Part shown: positions 1 to 8,630 of the stretch, piece by piece
Layout: every line of letters begins with the position of its first letter
How positions within the stretch are numbered: the first letter of the stretch is position 1
Origin: a virus
Taxonomy: Duplodnaviria > Caudoviricetes
IMG/VR virus record: IMGVR_UViG_3300033069_001603
Location: 1,003-65,002 of that record
Strand: one strand, 5' to 3'
Length of the DNA: 64,000 bases
Position numbers and translations under genes: made by a program
Notes under the pieces: model-generated
Told to the model about the DNA's origin: nothing
What the model saw: only the letters and a program-made list of their open reading frames with translations
Database searches by the model: none

Positions 1-2
1 CA

Positions 3-167
3 AACCTAATAAGTTATTATGGCCCTAAAATATGGTGTCACGGGCACGTACATGATTTCTTTGATTATGTTGCAGGTGATACACGAGTAATGTGTAACCC
101 ACGCGGATATGTAACGCACGATGAATACACTGGTTGGGTTAATACCGGCTTGGATTTTTCCTTATAA
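3..167 (+). CDS. Metallophosphoesterase, C-terminal part (truncated by window edge)
   Basis: Manual translation: IWCHGHVHDFFDYVAGDTRVMCNPRGY, the calcineurin-like GHxH...NPRGY terminus. Confidence 0.8.
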   Translation, partial: NLISYYGPKIWCHGHVHDFFDYVAGDTRVMCNPRGYVTHDEYTGWVNTGLDFSL

Positions 168-423
168 ATTCTTCCCTTATGTTTTTGAAGTGTATTTCGA
201 ACCGATCAACTGAAGAATATAATTGCCAATAATAACTACCGTCGTACGTTAAATTTGATTTGTTTTCTGCAACAAAACAAAAACCGAATAATGTTGGTTT
301 AATTGTAAATTGTTCTAAATCGATATTATGTTCAACAAAATAATCGTATGCAAATCGAAAGGCATCTAGATCTCTGTCTAAGATGAAATCAATACCTTTT
401 AATTTGAGATACATTTGGAACAT
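139..423 (-). CDS. Small LKLK-motif family protein
   Basis: N-terminal MYLKLKG; upstream TTGACA-16-TAAAAT on minus strand (~430-457). Confidence 0.65.
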   Translation of the reverse strand: MFQMYLKLKGIDFILDRDLDAFRFAYDYFVEHNIDLEQFTIKPTLFGFCFVAENKSNLTYDGSYYWQLYSSVDRFEIHFKNIREEFIRKNPSRY

Positions 424-492
424 TGTTAAATTTTAGCAGAGTTATAATATTTGTCAATATTTATCTTGCTTATCATCGGATAAAAAGTTACA

Positions 493-1356
493 ATGTTTAC
501 GTCTAACATGCTGGGTATAAAAATGAACGAAATTAAAGATATAGACTTAGCCATTAGTATTATAAGGGCAAGCGGCGACCTTGCAACACATAAAAGATTT
601 GTAAAAGAAATAATCGATTATGTTGAATCATCTTATCTCTCTGGCATTGCTGCAATGTTAGCCGAACAGTCGCGTAGCAATAAGGATTTAATTTTAAACA
701 CAGCTAATAATTTTTTACTAAATGAATCAAAAAACATATTAAAAAATCTTAACAACAGAAATAAGATAGAACTTATAGAAGGGTGCAATGTCGCAAAAGA
801 AGATTTAACAGTTTACGATTTGATGTTTTGTATAAGATACAATACTCGAAGCGATGAGTTTTTTCAATATCTCCGGGAAAAATGTAAAACAAACCAAGTA
901 ACCTCTAGACAAGTTAAAAATTTCAAATTAGATTATTACAGTTCGTTAGAAGACAATAATCTTAAAAGGTCATTGTTATTAACTGCATCAAATGCACTTG
1001 ATAAAACTCTTAGTGCAGGTACTCTTAATCTTTTAAAATACGACTTCGATTTAATAGAAGAGCTATTACTTATTTTCCCGTCTTTAAATGTAAAAAGCAC
1101 CCAGAGTAACACAGCGGTTAACTTTTTAGCAGAAAAGCTAATAGAAACCGACAATTTGAATTTATTAGTTGATAAATTTCCAGATACGAATGTGGCTATG
1201 CAAATATTAAAACATGCAGCATATAAGAAGATAAAGATGTCGTCTAATCAATTTGATTATCTTAAAAAACATATTATGTTTAGATCTTTGAAAAAAGGTT
1301 TAACTAAAGCAACCAAGAATATAATAGAAAAGTACGGAGAAAAATATGTCTGCTAA
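493..1356 (+). CDS. Hypothetical protein
   Basis: 287 aa ORF; C-terminal ~50 aa similar to next ORF. Confidence 0.7.
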   Translation: MFTSNMLGIKMNEIKDIDLAISIIRASGDLATHKRFVKEIIDYVESSYLSGIAAMLAEQSRSNKDLILNTANNFLLNESKNILKNLNNRNKIELIEGCNVAKEDLTVYDLMFCIRYNTRSDEFFQYLREKCKTNQVTSRQVKNFKLDYYSSLEDNNLKRSLLLTASNALDKTLSAGTLNLLKYDFDLIEELLLIFPSLNVKSTQSNTAVNFLAEKLIETDNLNLLVDKFPDTNVAMQILKHAAYKKIKMSSNQFDYLKKHIMFRSLKKGLTKATKNIIEKYGEKYVC

Positions 1357-2140
1357 TTTTTGGGTCTATGACGATGAAGAATACGACGATGATATGGACG
1401 ATGAATATCGCCCATGTTGTGCCACTGAACCCGAAAAACAAGCATATCTCGAAGTTTTAAAAATCGCCGGATATGTACCCGATGAATTAAAAATCCTTGC
1501 AACTACAATATTGCAAGATCGACATAAACAAGATCTGGTTATAAGGCATTTAAACCATGATTATTTGGAAATTTTATTGCAAAACAATTTAATTAATATG
1601 CAAGTATTGTCAGTTGACTCGATTTTCATGCTTATTGATAACCACGAAGAATATGCATCTGCAGTTTTTGATATATCTAGACAAAGAGCAAAAGACGATG
1701 AAAAATTTTACAAAATATTAAAAGATTATAAAAAAAGAAACATATACGGACAACCGACTAACTTTGCACCTCTTATTATTGCAACAGACGAAGAGCTTGC
1801 CCTTAATATGAAATATGACAGATTATATTTATTTAAAAATAACAAAGCAGTATATGATGCGATACTGAACAAAGAGGTACCAAAATCATATCACTTGTCT
1901 TGTGTTAAATGCATAACTAAAATTGCAATAGAAAGAGACGAGTTGGGTAAATTGATAAATAAATTCGGATCAAAGCTTGCAATTAATGTAATCAAAGAAG
2001 CCAAAAACCGAAATATAAAAATGACAAAAGAACAACTCAAATACATTAAGAAGAATATAATGATTTCGGGTTTGCAAAAAGGCTTATCTAAACAAACTAA
2101 GAAATTAATTGAATATTACGAAAAGGAGATTTTAGATTGA
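1346..2140 (+). CDS. Hypothetical protein, paralog of upstream ORF
   Basis: 264 aa, acidic N-terminus, shared C-terminal segment. Confidence 0.7.
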   Translation: MSANFWVYDDEEYDDDMDDEYRPCCATEPEKQAYLEVLKIAGYVPDELKILATTILQDRHKQDLVIRHLNHDYLEILLQNNLINMQVLSVDSIFMLIDNHEEYASAVFDISRQRAKDDEKFYKILKDYKKRNIYGQPTNFAPLIIATDEELALNMKYDRLYLFKNNKAVYDAILNKEVPKSYHLSCVKCITKIAIERDELGKLINKFGSKLAINVIKEAKNRNIKMTKEQLKYIKKNIMISGLQKGLSKQTKKLIEYYEKEILD

Positions 2141-2523
2141 AACAAAAAACATTCATATACGCAACAATACAAAAAGAAGGATACCACTGTTTCCCTGAAG
2201 CTGCAACTAACTCAGCTTTTGCAACAGGTGACAAATACGATGTGTCTCACCTATCATATAAACATATGCACTACTTTTTTATTAAAGTGTGGGTAGAAGT
2301 AACACACAGCAACAGACAGATAGAATTTATACAATTTAGAAGATGGCTTGAAGATTTATACGGTTCGGGCACATTAGACTTAAATTCTAAAAGCTGCGAA
2401 ATGATTGCTGAAGACCTATACGGCGTAATATCAAAAAAATACCCAAATGTCGAAATAAGAATCGACGTATCAGAAGATAACATAAACGGAGCCCTAGTGG
2501 AATTTAAAGCATCAACTGCTTAA
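2137..2523 (+). CDS. QueD/6-pyruvoyl-tetrahydropterin synthase-like T-fold protein
   Basis: EGYHCF, HMHYF (HxH) and SCEMIAEDL motifs; last codons supplied by IS right end. Confidence 0.6.
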   Translation: MKQKTFIYATIQKEGYHCFPEAATNSAFATGDKYDVSHLSYKHMHYFFIKVWVEVTHSNRQIEFIQFRRWLEDLYGSGTLDLNSKSCEMIAEDLYGVISKKYPNVEIRIDVSEDNINGALVEFKASTA

Positions 2524-2690
2524 CCCTTTAGGGTTAATCTTGCCTGTTCCATTTGTTAAACTATACACTCGCCCTTACAGGCGCAATAGACGATTAAGTT
2601 TTAACTGCTACAAATTTCTTCAAGGCCATTGGGATATCATCGATCCCACTACCCCTGTTGCCTGGGTAGGTACCACCATATAAATCAACT
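2495..2690 (-). ncRNA. TnpB omegaRNA/reRNA scaffold plus flank-derived guide, copy 1 (5' limit approximate)
   Basis: DNA-level conservation with copy 2 over the tnpB 3' end and right end, with compensatory hairpin changes. Confidence 0.7.
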
Positions 2691-3796
2691 AATCCAAAAT
2701 TAAGAATATTAGTAGCTGCATTAATATCTCTATCATGCTCGCTTTTGCAGTTGGGGCAAACCCAACTCCTAATATTTAGTTTTAATTGATCCAATTTAAA
2801 ACTACAGCAACTACACATCTTCGTCGATGGGGCGTACTGCCCAATCTCATAATATGTCTTGCCATATAAATCGCACTTATATTTTACAAGTTGGGTCAGA
2901 AGACCCCAGCTTGCAACACCGATTGCTCGTGATAATTGTCGATTTTTCATTAATCCAGCTACATTTAAATTTTCAAACACAACTGTATCGTAATTACTAA
3001 CTAGGTAATTAGATAATAGATGATAATAATTGCGTTTTTGATTTGTAAGTGTCTCGTATAATTTAGCAACTTTGACTCGTTGCTTCTCGTAATTATTTGA
3101 GCCCCTCTGTTTGCGGGATAAGATCTTTTGTTGCTTTTTTAACAGCTTCGTGTTTTTTGATAGCTGCACATCTGGGTGTTGAAATTTAACTCCATCGCTA
3201 GTAATAATTAAGTCTTTAATACCTAAGTCAACACCTACGTCCTTACCCGTTAAGGGTTTTAGTTGTGCGGTTAATTCAACTAAAACAGAAATAAAATATT
3301 TACCCGAAGGAGTAAGTGATATTGTTGCTGACTTTATCTTACTGCCAGCTGGGATAGGGCGGTGATTGACGTATTTAATGGCGGTATCCAATCTTGGAAT
3401 TTTAATTCCTTCGGATGTAATTTTAATATCCCTAGTACGGAATGATTGACTGTTTGATTTCTTCTTAAATACTGGAATATTTACTTTCTTCCCTTTTCGT
3501 TTACCACTTACGGATTTGAAGAAATTATCATATGCTATACTTAAATCAGCAGATGCATGTTTAAGTACGTGGTCATCTACATTTCTAAGCCAACTAGTAC
3601 CATCTTGTTTCTTTAATTGGGTTATGGCTTTGTTACAATCAAAATTAGATAAGTGAGGTGTTTTGTTTTTGTAATTCTCAAGATTAGCATATAGAAAGTG
3701 ATTATAAACCCAACGTTTTGCGCCAAAGGCGCAACGTAGATATTGCTGTTGTTCCGCAGTTGGGTATAATCGATATTTAAAAGCTATATAATCCAT
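2594..3796 (-). CDS. tnpB: RNA-guided endonuclease TnpB
   Basis: YRLYPT HTH, GVDLG (RuvC-I D), VFENL (RuvC-II E), CSCC/CPNC Zn finger, DRDINAA (RuvC-III D). Confidence 0.95.
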   Translation of the reverse strand: MDYIAFKYRLYPTAEQQQYLRCAFGAKRWVYNHFLYANLENYKNKTPHLSNFDCNKAITQLKKQDGTSWLRNVDDHVLKHASADLSIAYDNFFKSVSGKRKGKKVNIPVFKKKSNSQSFRTRDIKITSEGIKIPRLDTAIKYVNHRPIPAGSKIKSATISLTPSGKYFISVLVELTAQLKPLTGKDVGVDLGIKDLIITSDGVKFQHPDVQLSKNTKLLKKQQKILSRKQRGSNNYEKQRVKVAKLYETLTNQKRNYYHLLSNYLVSNYDTVVFENLNVAGLMKNRQLSRAIGVASWGLLTQLVKYKCDLYGKTYYEIGQYAPSTKMCSCCSFKLDQLKLNIRSWVCPNCKSEHDRDINAATNILNFGLVDLYGGTYPGNRGSGIDDIPMALKKFVAVKT

Positions 3797-3823
3797 ATTC
3801 AGTTATTTATCAATTATTAGATG

Positions 3824-3852
3824 TTGCTTTTTGTTTTGCTTTGCCGTATAAT
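3824..3852 (+). promoter_or_regulatory. Outward-facing sigma70 promoter in IS left end
   Basis: TTGCTT-17-TATAAT, same boxes and spacing in copy 2. Confidence 0.7.
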
Positions 3853-3928
3853 ATGCATCTAAATCACACAAAGGAGGAAGGGCATACCTCCTAACCCTAA
3901 AGGGATTAGGTTACCTTGCCCTGTTTAG

Positions 3929-5017
3929 ATGAAACAAAACATTTGGATTTTTAGTCTTGAGAAATTAGAAACAAGATATACAGCACAGTGGCACAGCCAC
4001 ATACCGGAATTACTTAAAGGTAGATTAACCAATTATAACGTAATTCAAATAGACGGTATACAAAAAAATACAGCAGTAACAGAAGGTGCATTTTTAAATT
4101 TTTCAGATACTAACTATTGGAAAAGTTCGCAACTTTGTAATTTTTTAGAAAGGCATAATGCGGGCGAAACAACTAAAGACGATCATTTTTTATTTACCGA
4201 CGCTTGGAATCCTACAGTCATACAATTACGATACATGTCTGATTTACTTGGCTTTAATTGGAAGTTGCACGGACTTTTTCACGCCGGAAGTTGGGATCCC
4301 TGGGATTTCCTAGGCCGCATAGTAGGCGAAGCAGACTGGGTAACTAACACTGAAAAAGCCCTTTTTCACGCATATGATCATAATTATTTTGCAACTGATT
4401 TTCATATTAATATGTTTATTGAAAACAGATTAAAAATGGAAATCGATACAGCCCGCATGCATTATATGCCGACTAAGAAAATAGTTAGAACTGGCTGGCC
4501 TATGGAATACATAGCAGACACATTAAAAGACTATAATAATTTAAACAAACGTAATTTAATCTTGTTTCCACATAGACTGGCGCCTGAAAAACAAGTAGAA
4601 ATATTTAGGGATCTAGCAAAAGAACTGCCACAGTACGATTGGGTAGTATGCCAGGACCAGACATTAACTAAAGATCAATACCACACACTGTTAGGCGAGT
4701 CGAAGATAGTATTTAGTGCAAGCAAACAAGAAACCCTCGGGATATCTGTGGGATTTGAAGGACCACTTGTTAATTCGTTGCCTCTTGCACCTAATAGATT
4801 ATCATATAGCGAAATATTTGATAGATATCAAGAATTTATGTATCCGGAAGAGTGGACAAGTAGCTGGGATGCGTATGTCGAAAATAAGGAAAAGTTAAAA
4901 AGTAGGATTGTTATGATGATGACTAATTATGAATCCTATATACCCATTTTGAGAAGTTATAATTATTCGGGCATTAGGCAATATGCACATGCAGACGAAT
5001 TAATATCTAATTTTTAA
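3929..5017 (+). CDS. Phage glycosyltransferase (GT-B-like)
   Basis: ILFPHRLAPEKQVEIF and SASKQETLGIS resemble the GT-B C-terminal domain. Confidence 0.7.
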   Translation: MKQNIWIFSLEKLETRYTAQWHSHIPELLKGRLTNYNVIQIDGIQKNTAVTEGAFLNFSDTNYWKSSQLCNFLERHNAGETTKDDHFLFTDAWNPTVIQLRYMSDLLGFNWKLHGLFHAGSWDPWDFLGRIVGEADWVTNTEKALFHAYDHNYFATDFHINMFIENRLKMEIDTARMHYMPTKKIVRTGWPMEYIADTLKDYNNLNKRNLILFPHRLAPEKQVEIFRDLAKELPQYDWVVCQDQTLTKDQYHTLLGESKIVFSASKQETLGISVGFEGPLVNSLPLAPNRLSYSEIFDRYQEFMYPEEWTSSWDAYVENKEKLKSRIVMMMTNYESYIPILRSYNYSGIRQYAHADELISNF

Positions 5018-5243
5018 ATATATCTTGCCAGTATTTAATCAATTCGGGATCGAAGTCACTTTCGATCCCTCTTTTTTCTAAAAATTCCGAAAACTCTGCA
5101 ATTAAATCCCCAGGGTGATATTTAGACCCGCATACTATCTTCTTATCTACTGTAGTCAGATGACCCATAAAATCGTACATCGCCGCCAATATTAATTGTA
5201 ACCCAAAGCTATTATCTTCCTTCTCTTCCACGGTATTCTCCAA
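5007..5243 (-). CDS. Hypothetical protein
   Basis: 78 aa ORF filling gap. Confidence 0.55.
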   Translation of the reverse strand: MENTVEEKEDNSFGLQLILAAMYDFMGHLTTVDKKIVCGSKYHPGDLIAEFSEFLEKRGIESDFDPELIKYWQDIFKN

Positions 5244-5259
5244 TGATAAATAGATTTGT

Positions 5260-5550
5260 ATGTCTACTCATCTGTATATTTTATCTTGCAATGGCCTTTA
5301 TAAAATCGGTATTACTTCTGATATTAATCGCCGTATCAAAACTTTACAAACTGGCAACCCTTATACTATAACGCTCGAATATATCGAAGAGCGTTATCGT
5401 CCTGAGATGGCCGAAAACTATCTACACAAATGCTTTAAGAAGAATAGGGTATCCGGCGAATGGTTTAAAGATTTAACAATTACACAAATAAGATCTAAGT
5501 TAATGATGTATCATGATCAACTTGACGAATCAGAGACTAGGCGTAAGTAA
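5260..5550 (+). CDS. T5orf172/Mug113 (GIY-YIG-like) domain protein
   Basis: LYIL..YKIGIT....RRIKTLQTGNP...ENYLH..RVSGEWF. Confidence 0.85.
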   Translation: MSTHLYILSCNGLYKIGITSDINRRIKTLQTGNPYTITLEYIEERYRPEMAENYLHKCFKKNRVSGEWFKDLTITQIRSKLMMYHDQLDESETRRK

Positions 5551-5862
5551 TCCTTTTTTAATCATGTATTCCTTTGTTTCGTTGTTAATGCTAACAGACA
5601 CGTTGCCTTGTTTTATTTTTTCGAGCATTGCAGTTTTACTGTTTACAAATACGGCAGCATAGAATATGCCATAATTACATATATCTTCGAGCATTATTTC
5701 CCTGCGCCAGGCATGTCCGGGTCGCGGATGCCAAGTAGTAATGAAGGTAAATATACCGAGTACATCATGCGGTACATCTTGTATTCTCACAAAAAGCAAT
5801 ATGTGACAAGCATTTATGTCTATATCTGATCTACCCGAATACGAGTGAGAAATTATAGCCAT
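5530..5862 (-). CDS. Hypothetical protein with C-terminal AMLEKIK motif
   Basis: FVNSKTAMLEKIKQG. Confidence 0.6.
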   Translation of the reverse strand: MAIISHSYSGRSDIDINACHILLFVRIQDVPHDVLGIFTFITTWHPRPGHAWRREIMLEDICNYGIFYAAVFVNSKTAMLEKIKQGNVSVSINNETKEYMIKKGLLTPSL

Positions 5863-6161
5863 TATATAATACCTACTTCTGTTAGATACTGTAACAAACT
5901 TTCCGATGGTTTTTTCAAACCTGGATATTGTATTTTTGCAAGCATTGCTTCTTTTTCATCTTTAAATAGGATGCAGACGTATGTACTAAAATTAATATAT
6001 CCGTTTGTTACATGCACGTCTTCTCTAACCGAAACATAGCCGTATGTCTTCTTGCCCAGCGTAGTATCGAGATTTATATTTATTGTTGTCGGTAGAATAG
6101 TATAGACTAAAGGGCAACAAGTATCATATTCTTCAGTGATGTAGCACTTGTGATCAAACAT
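5862..6161 (-). CDS. Hypothetical protein with C-terminal AMLAKIQYP motif
   Basis: LFKDEKEAMLAKIQYPG. Confidence 0.65.
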   Translation of the reverse strand: MFDHKCYITEEYDTCCPLVYTILPTTININLDTTLGKKTYGYVSVREDVHVTNGYINFSTYVCILFKDEKEAMLAKIQYPGLKKPSESLLQYLTEVGII

Positions 6162-6200
6162 TATGATAATCTCATAAATTCTTCGCCACTTATAGATGAG

Positions 6201-6413
6201 TCAAAAATCAAAAATGTTGTTATATTTAATCTTTGCTAACATTAATTCTTTTTGATTTTTAACAATTAGATAATGATACTGAGAAGTAGGGTTAGCGCAC
6301 ACATCGGGTATATAAATGACAAAATCATCGTCCATCATTTCCGATAAAGGTATGTACCATACTCTCCTAGGGATTAAAATATCCGACTCGCACACGTCTG
6401 TTACTACTTCCAT
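6201..6413 (-). CDS. Hypothetical protein with C-terminal LMLAKIKY motif
   Basis: VKNQKELMLAKIKYN. Confidence 0.65.
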   Translation of the reverse strand: MEVVTDVCESDILIPRRVWYIPLSEMMDDDFVIYIPDVCANPTSQYHYLIVKNQKELMLAKIKYNNIFDF

Positions 6414-6697
6414 ATGCTAACTCTCTTTAAATAAAGTTGTTCGCATTCTTGTACTGGTATAAAAGAATCGGGATATTTTATTTTTTCGAGCATTGCATCT
6501 TTTTCGCTTGCAAATAAAATAATCTGCTTACAAGGATGATGAACTCTAATAACTTCTAGAAGAGTAGATCTGTAATATATCGTAACATATCCGACTATAC
6601 TACTATGAAAATCGAAGGAAAAACTGCGAGCAGCTTGCATTGGAAAGCACGATTCGAAATCTTTTAATTTAACTAAATCGTGCCGTTCTATTATCAT
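6404..6697 (-). CDS. Hypothetical protein with C-terminal AMLEKIKYP motif
   Basis: LFASEKDAMLEKIKYPD. Confidence 0.65.
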   Translation of the reverse strand: MIIERHDLVKLKDFESCFPMQAARSFSFDFHSSIVGYVTIYYRSTLLEVIRVHHPCKQIILFASEKDAMLEKIKYPDSFIPVQECEQLYLKRVSIWK

Positions 6698-7680
6698 TCA
6701 AAACCAATGCCAACCGAATTACTATCAGAAGAGGGTTTACAGCTCATCATCGTTTTGATTCTTTTCACTGCATTGTCCACAGTGACATCGAAAACTTCTA
6801 CGCTGATTATTAATTCCTTAATATGTGCAATACTAAAACCATCAGTTAATTTAACCCATTTATCCATTTCGTCTGGGTTGTTTTTTATCTTTCGGTGTTT
6901 AGATGAGATATACTGCCTACGTGCATCGGCATTTGGCATTCCAATTTTGCGCACAATATCAAATCTAGACGGTCTATTTACAATTCGCGGATCAAGTAAT
7001 TCTGGATAATTTGTTGTTGCAATACTTAACACATTATCAATTTGCAACTCGCCGTCTAACAATGCAAGTAAAGCAGATTCTCCATATTCTTTAATTATGG
7101 CATCGATGTCCTCGAGCATTAATACGACTGGAGTATCCGGTTGTATTTGTCTGAACTGTTTAAGTGCAATAGTAGCAGTGTGTGGATTAGACACGTATAC
7201 TGCAATTCCTTCTTTTTCAATTATTCGGTTTGAAACCATTTGCAGTAAGGATGTTTTTCCACTACCCGGAGGGCCATATAACATGATTCCCCTTTTCCAC
7301 AAAAAACCATGTTCTTGATAAACATCTTTTTTAGACCAAAATGTTTCAATTTCTTTTAATATTTCATCTGCCGAACTATCGCATAACTCAACGAGACTAT
7401 CGAGTGTAACTGGCACTTTTTTAAAGTAATAACCTAGGTGGTTAGAATGCCCTACCACATATTGCCCGGGTTTTAAAGTTGACACTGCTTCTTCGCATGC
7501 AGTATATGTATTGCCTTGATGTACAGCCCACATTCTCAATTCGTTTTTCGGAATTTTAACATTGTCGTGTTCTACGGCATAATCTTCTTCTAGTTCTTCT
7601 CCCTTTATCATCATAGGTCTATTACCCCTGTTTTCAAGGGCTTCTTTGAGTTTTGTTCCGAATACTTCGATATCGTTCAC
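6694..7680 (-). CDS. AAA+ ATPase
   Basis: Walker A GPPGSGKT, Walker B MLEDID, ATTNYPELLD..NRPSRFD second region of homology. Confidence 0.9.
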   Translation of the reverse strand: MNDIEVFGTKLKEALENRGNRPMMIKGEELEEDYAVEHDNVKIPKNELRMWAVHQGNTYTACEEAVSTLKPGQYVVGHSNHLGYYFKKVPVTLDSLVELCDSSADEILKEIETFWSKKDVYQEHGFLWKRGIMLYGPPGSGKTSLLQMVSNRIIEKEGIAVYVSNPHTATIALKQFRQIQPDTPVVLMLEDIDAIIKEYGESALLALLDGELQIDNVLSIATTNYPELLDPRIVNRPSRFDIVRKIGMPNADARRQYISSKHRKIKNNPDEMDKWVKLTDGFSIAHIKELIISVEVFDVTVDNAVKRIKTMMSCKPSSDSNSVGIGFE

Positions 7681-7709
7681 GCAAGGTACCTCTATATGAA
7701 CTGTTATTT

Positions 7710-7961
7710 TTAGATGTTATATTTTAATTTTAAGATCATTTTTTCTTTTTCTGGCAAATCTAGAGATTTTAAGTAATCCTCCAGATATACCATTTTATCA
7801 TTTACTAGCAACCACATTTTTCTATCTTGTGTTTGGATACCAAGATCTATAGTGTGATATGCATATATTCCAAGTTCGGAAATATAGAGTTCAGAATGAT
7901 GATCTTTAAGTAACTCATACAGGCGAGCCAATGCGCCATTTAAGTCATTTGAAGAATTCAT
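7710..7961 (-). CDS. Hypothetical protein with C-terminal LKLKY motif
   Basis: EKMILKLKYNI. Confidence 0.65.
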   Translation of the reverse strand: MNSSNDLNGALARLYELLKDHHSELYISELGIYAYHTIDLGIQTQDRKMWLLVNDKMVYLEDYLKSLDLPEKEKMILKLKYNI

Positions 7962-8151
7962 GTATACTGAAACCTAGAACACCGATAACTGTCCAAAGTA
8001 GAACAGTTGTTACAAACGCAATAAGAACTCCCTTTAATATTGCAATAAGAATAAAAACAAGAAACCAAACAAGAGACAGTATAATCATTACTTGACTATC
8101 GCCCCTTATACGATTAAACATATTTATAAAACTTACCAATGCATTTCGCAT
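7945..8151 (-). CDS. Small membrane protein
   Basis: Two hydrophobic stretches. Confidence 0.6.
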   Translation of the reverse strand: MRNALVSFINMFNRIRGDSQVMIILSLVWFLVFILIAILKGVLIAFVTTVLLWTVIGVLGFSIHEFFK

Positions 8152-8170
8152 ATATCACCTACAAAATTAT

Positions 8171-8227
8171 TTAACTAAAGTATTATACTTTTTATAACTT
8201 GACTTTGCAAGCAGAACATGTTAAATT
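8171..8227. promoter_or_regulatory. Overlapping divergent sigma70 promoters
   Basis: Plus TTGACT-17-TAAATT; minus TTGCAA-17-TATAAT, between divergent genes. Confidence 0.65.
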
Positions 8228-8252
8228 GTAACTATTAAATCGGGGATCACGC

Positions 8253-8630
8253 ATGAACAAACTCGAAAAAACATATATGACTTATAAACTTAAAGGGTTT
8301 AAAATTAATTTTGTAAAAGGGGAAAATACCCTAGACCATCAATTACGCGCATTTAATATCATACAGTATCAACTTAAGAAGATAGAAAAAGAATTAAACA
8401 AAAACAATATAGATTTATATTTTGAAGAATCAAAATTTAGCATAGCCACCCATATAAGAAATACACAAGTGTACTTTACCAATGTGAAAATAGGAGTATG
8501 TTACTTATCATATACAGTTGGCTGTTTTTTAGTATTTAGATACAATGCAAGTAGTATACGGGAATCTTTCACTGATGTTAATTCTGCAATACAATATTGT
8601 ATTAAGGTAAACCAAAATGTACAAATTTGA
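8253..8630 (+). CDS. Small LKLK-motif family protein
   Basis: MTYKLKGF. Confidence 0.65.
   Translation: MNKLEKTYMTYKLKGFKINFVKGENTLDHQLRAFNIIQYQLKKIEKELNKNNIDLYFEESKFSIATHIRNTQVYFTNVKIGVCYLSYTVGCFLVFRYNASSIRESFTDVNSAIQYCIKVNQNVQI

Larger units (their letters stand above)
2511..3928 (-). mobile_element. IS200/IS605-family non-autonomous element (tnpB only), copy 1
   Basis: Ends conserved with copy 2; subterminal hairpins at both ends; removal restores an ATGA gene overlap. Confidence 0.9.

Noticed and set aside
2511-3928. IStron (group I intron-TnpB hybrid)
   Set aside because: No group I core motifs in the element; it lies between genes and antisense to them
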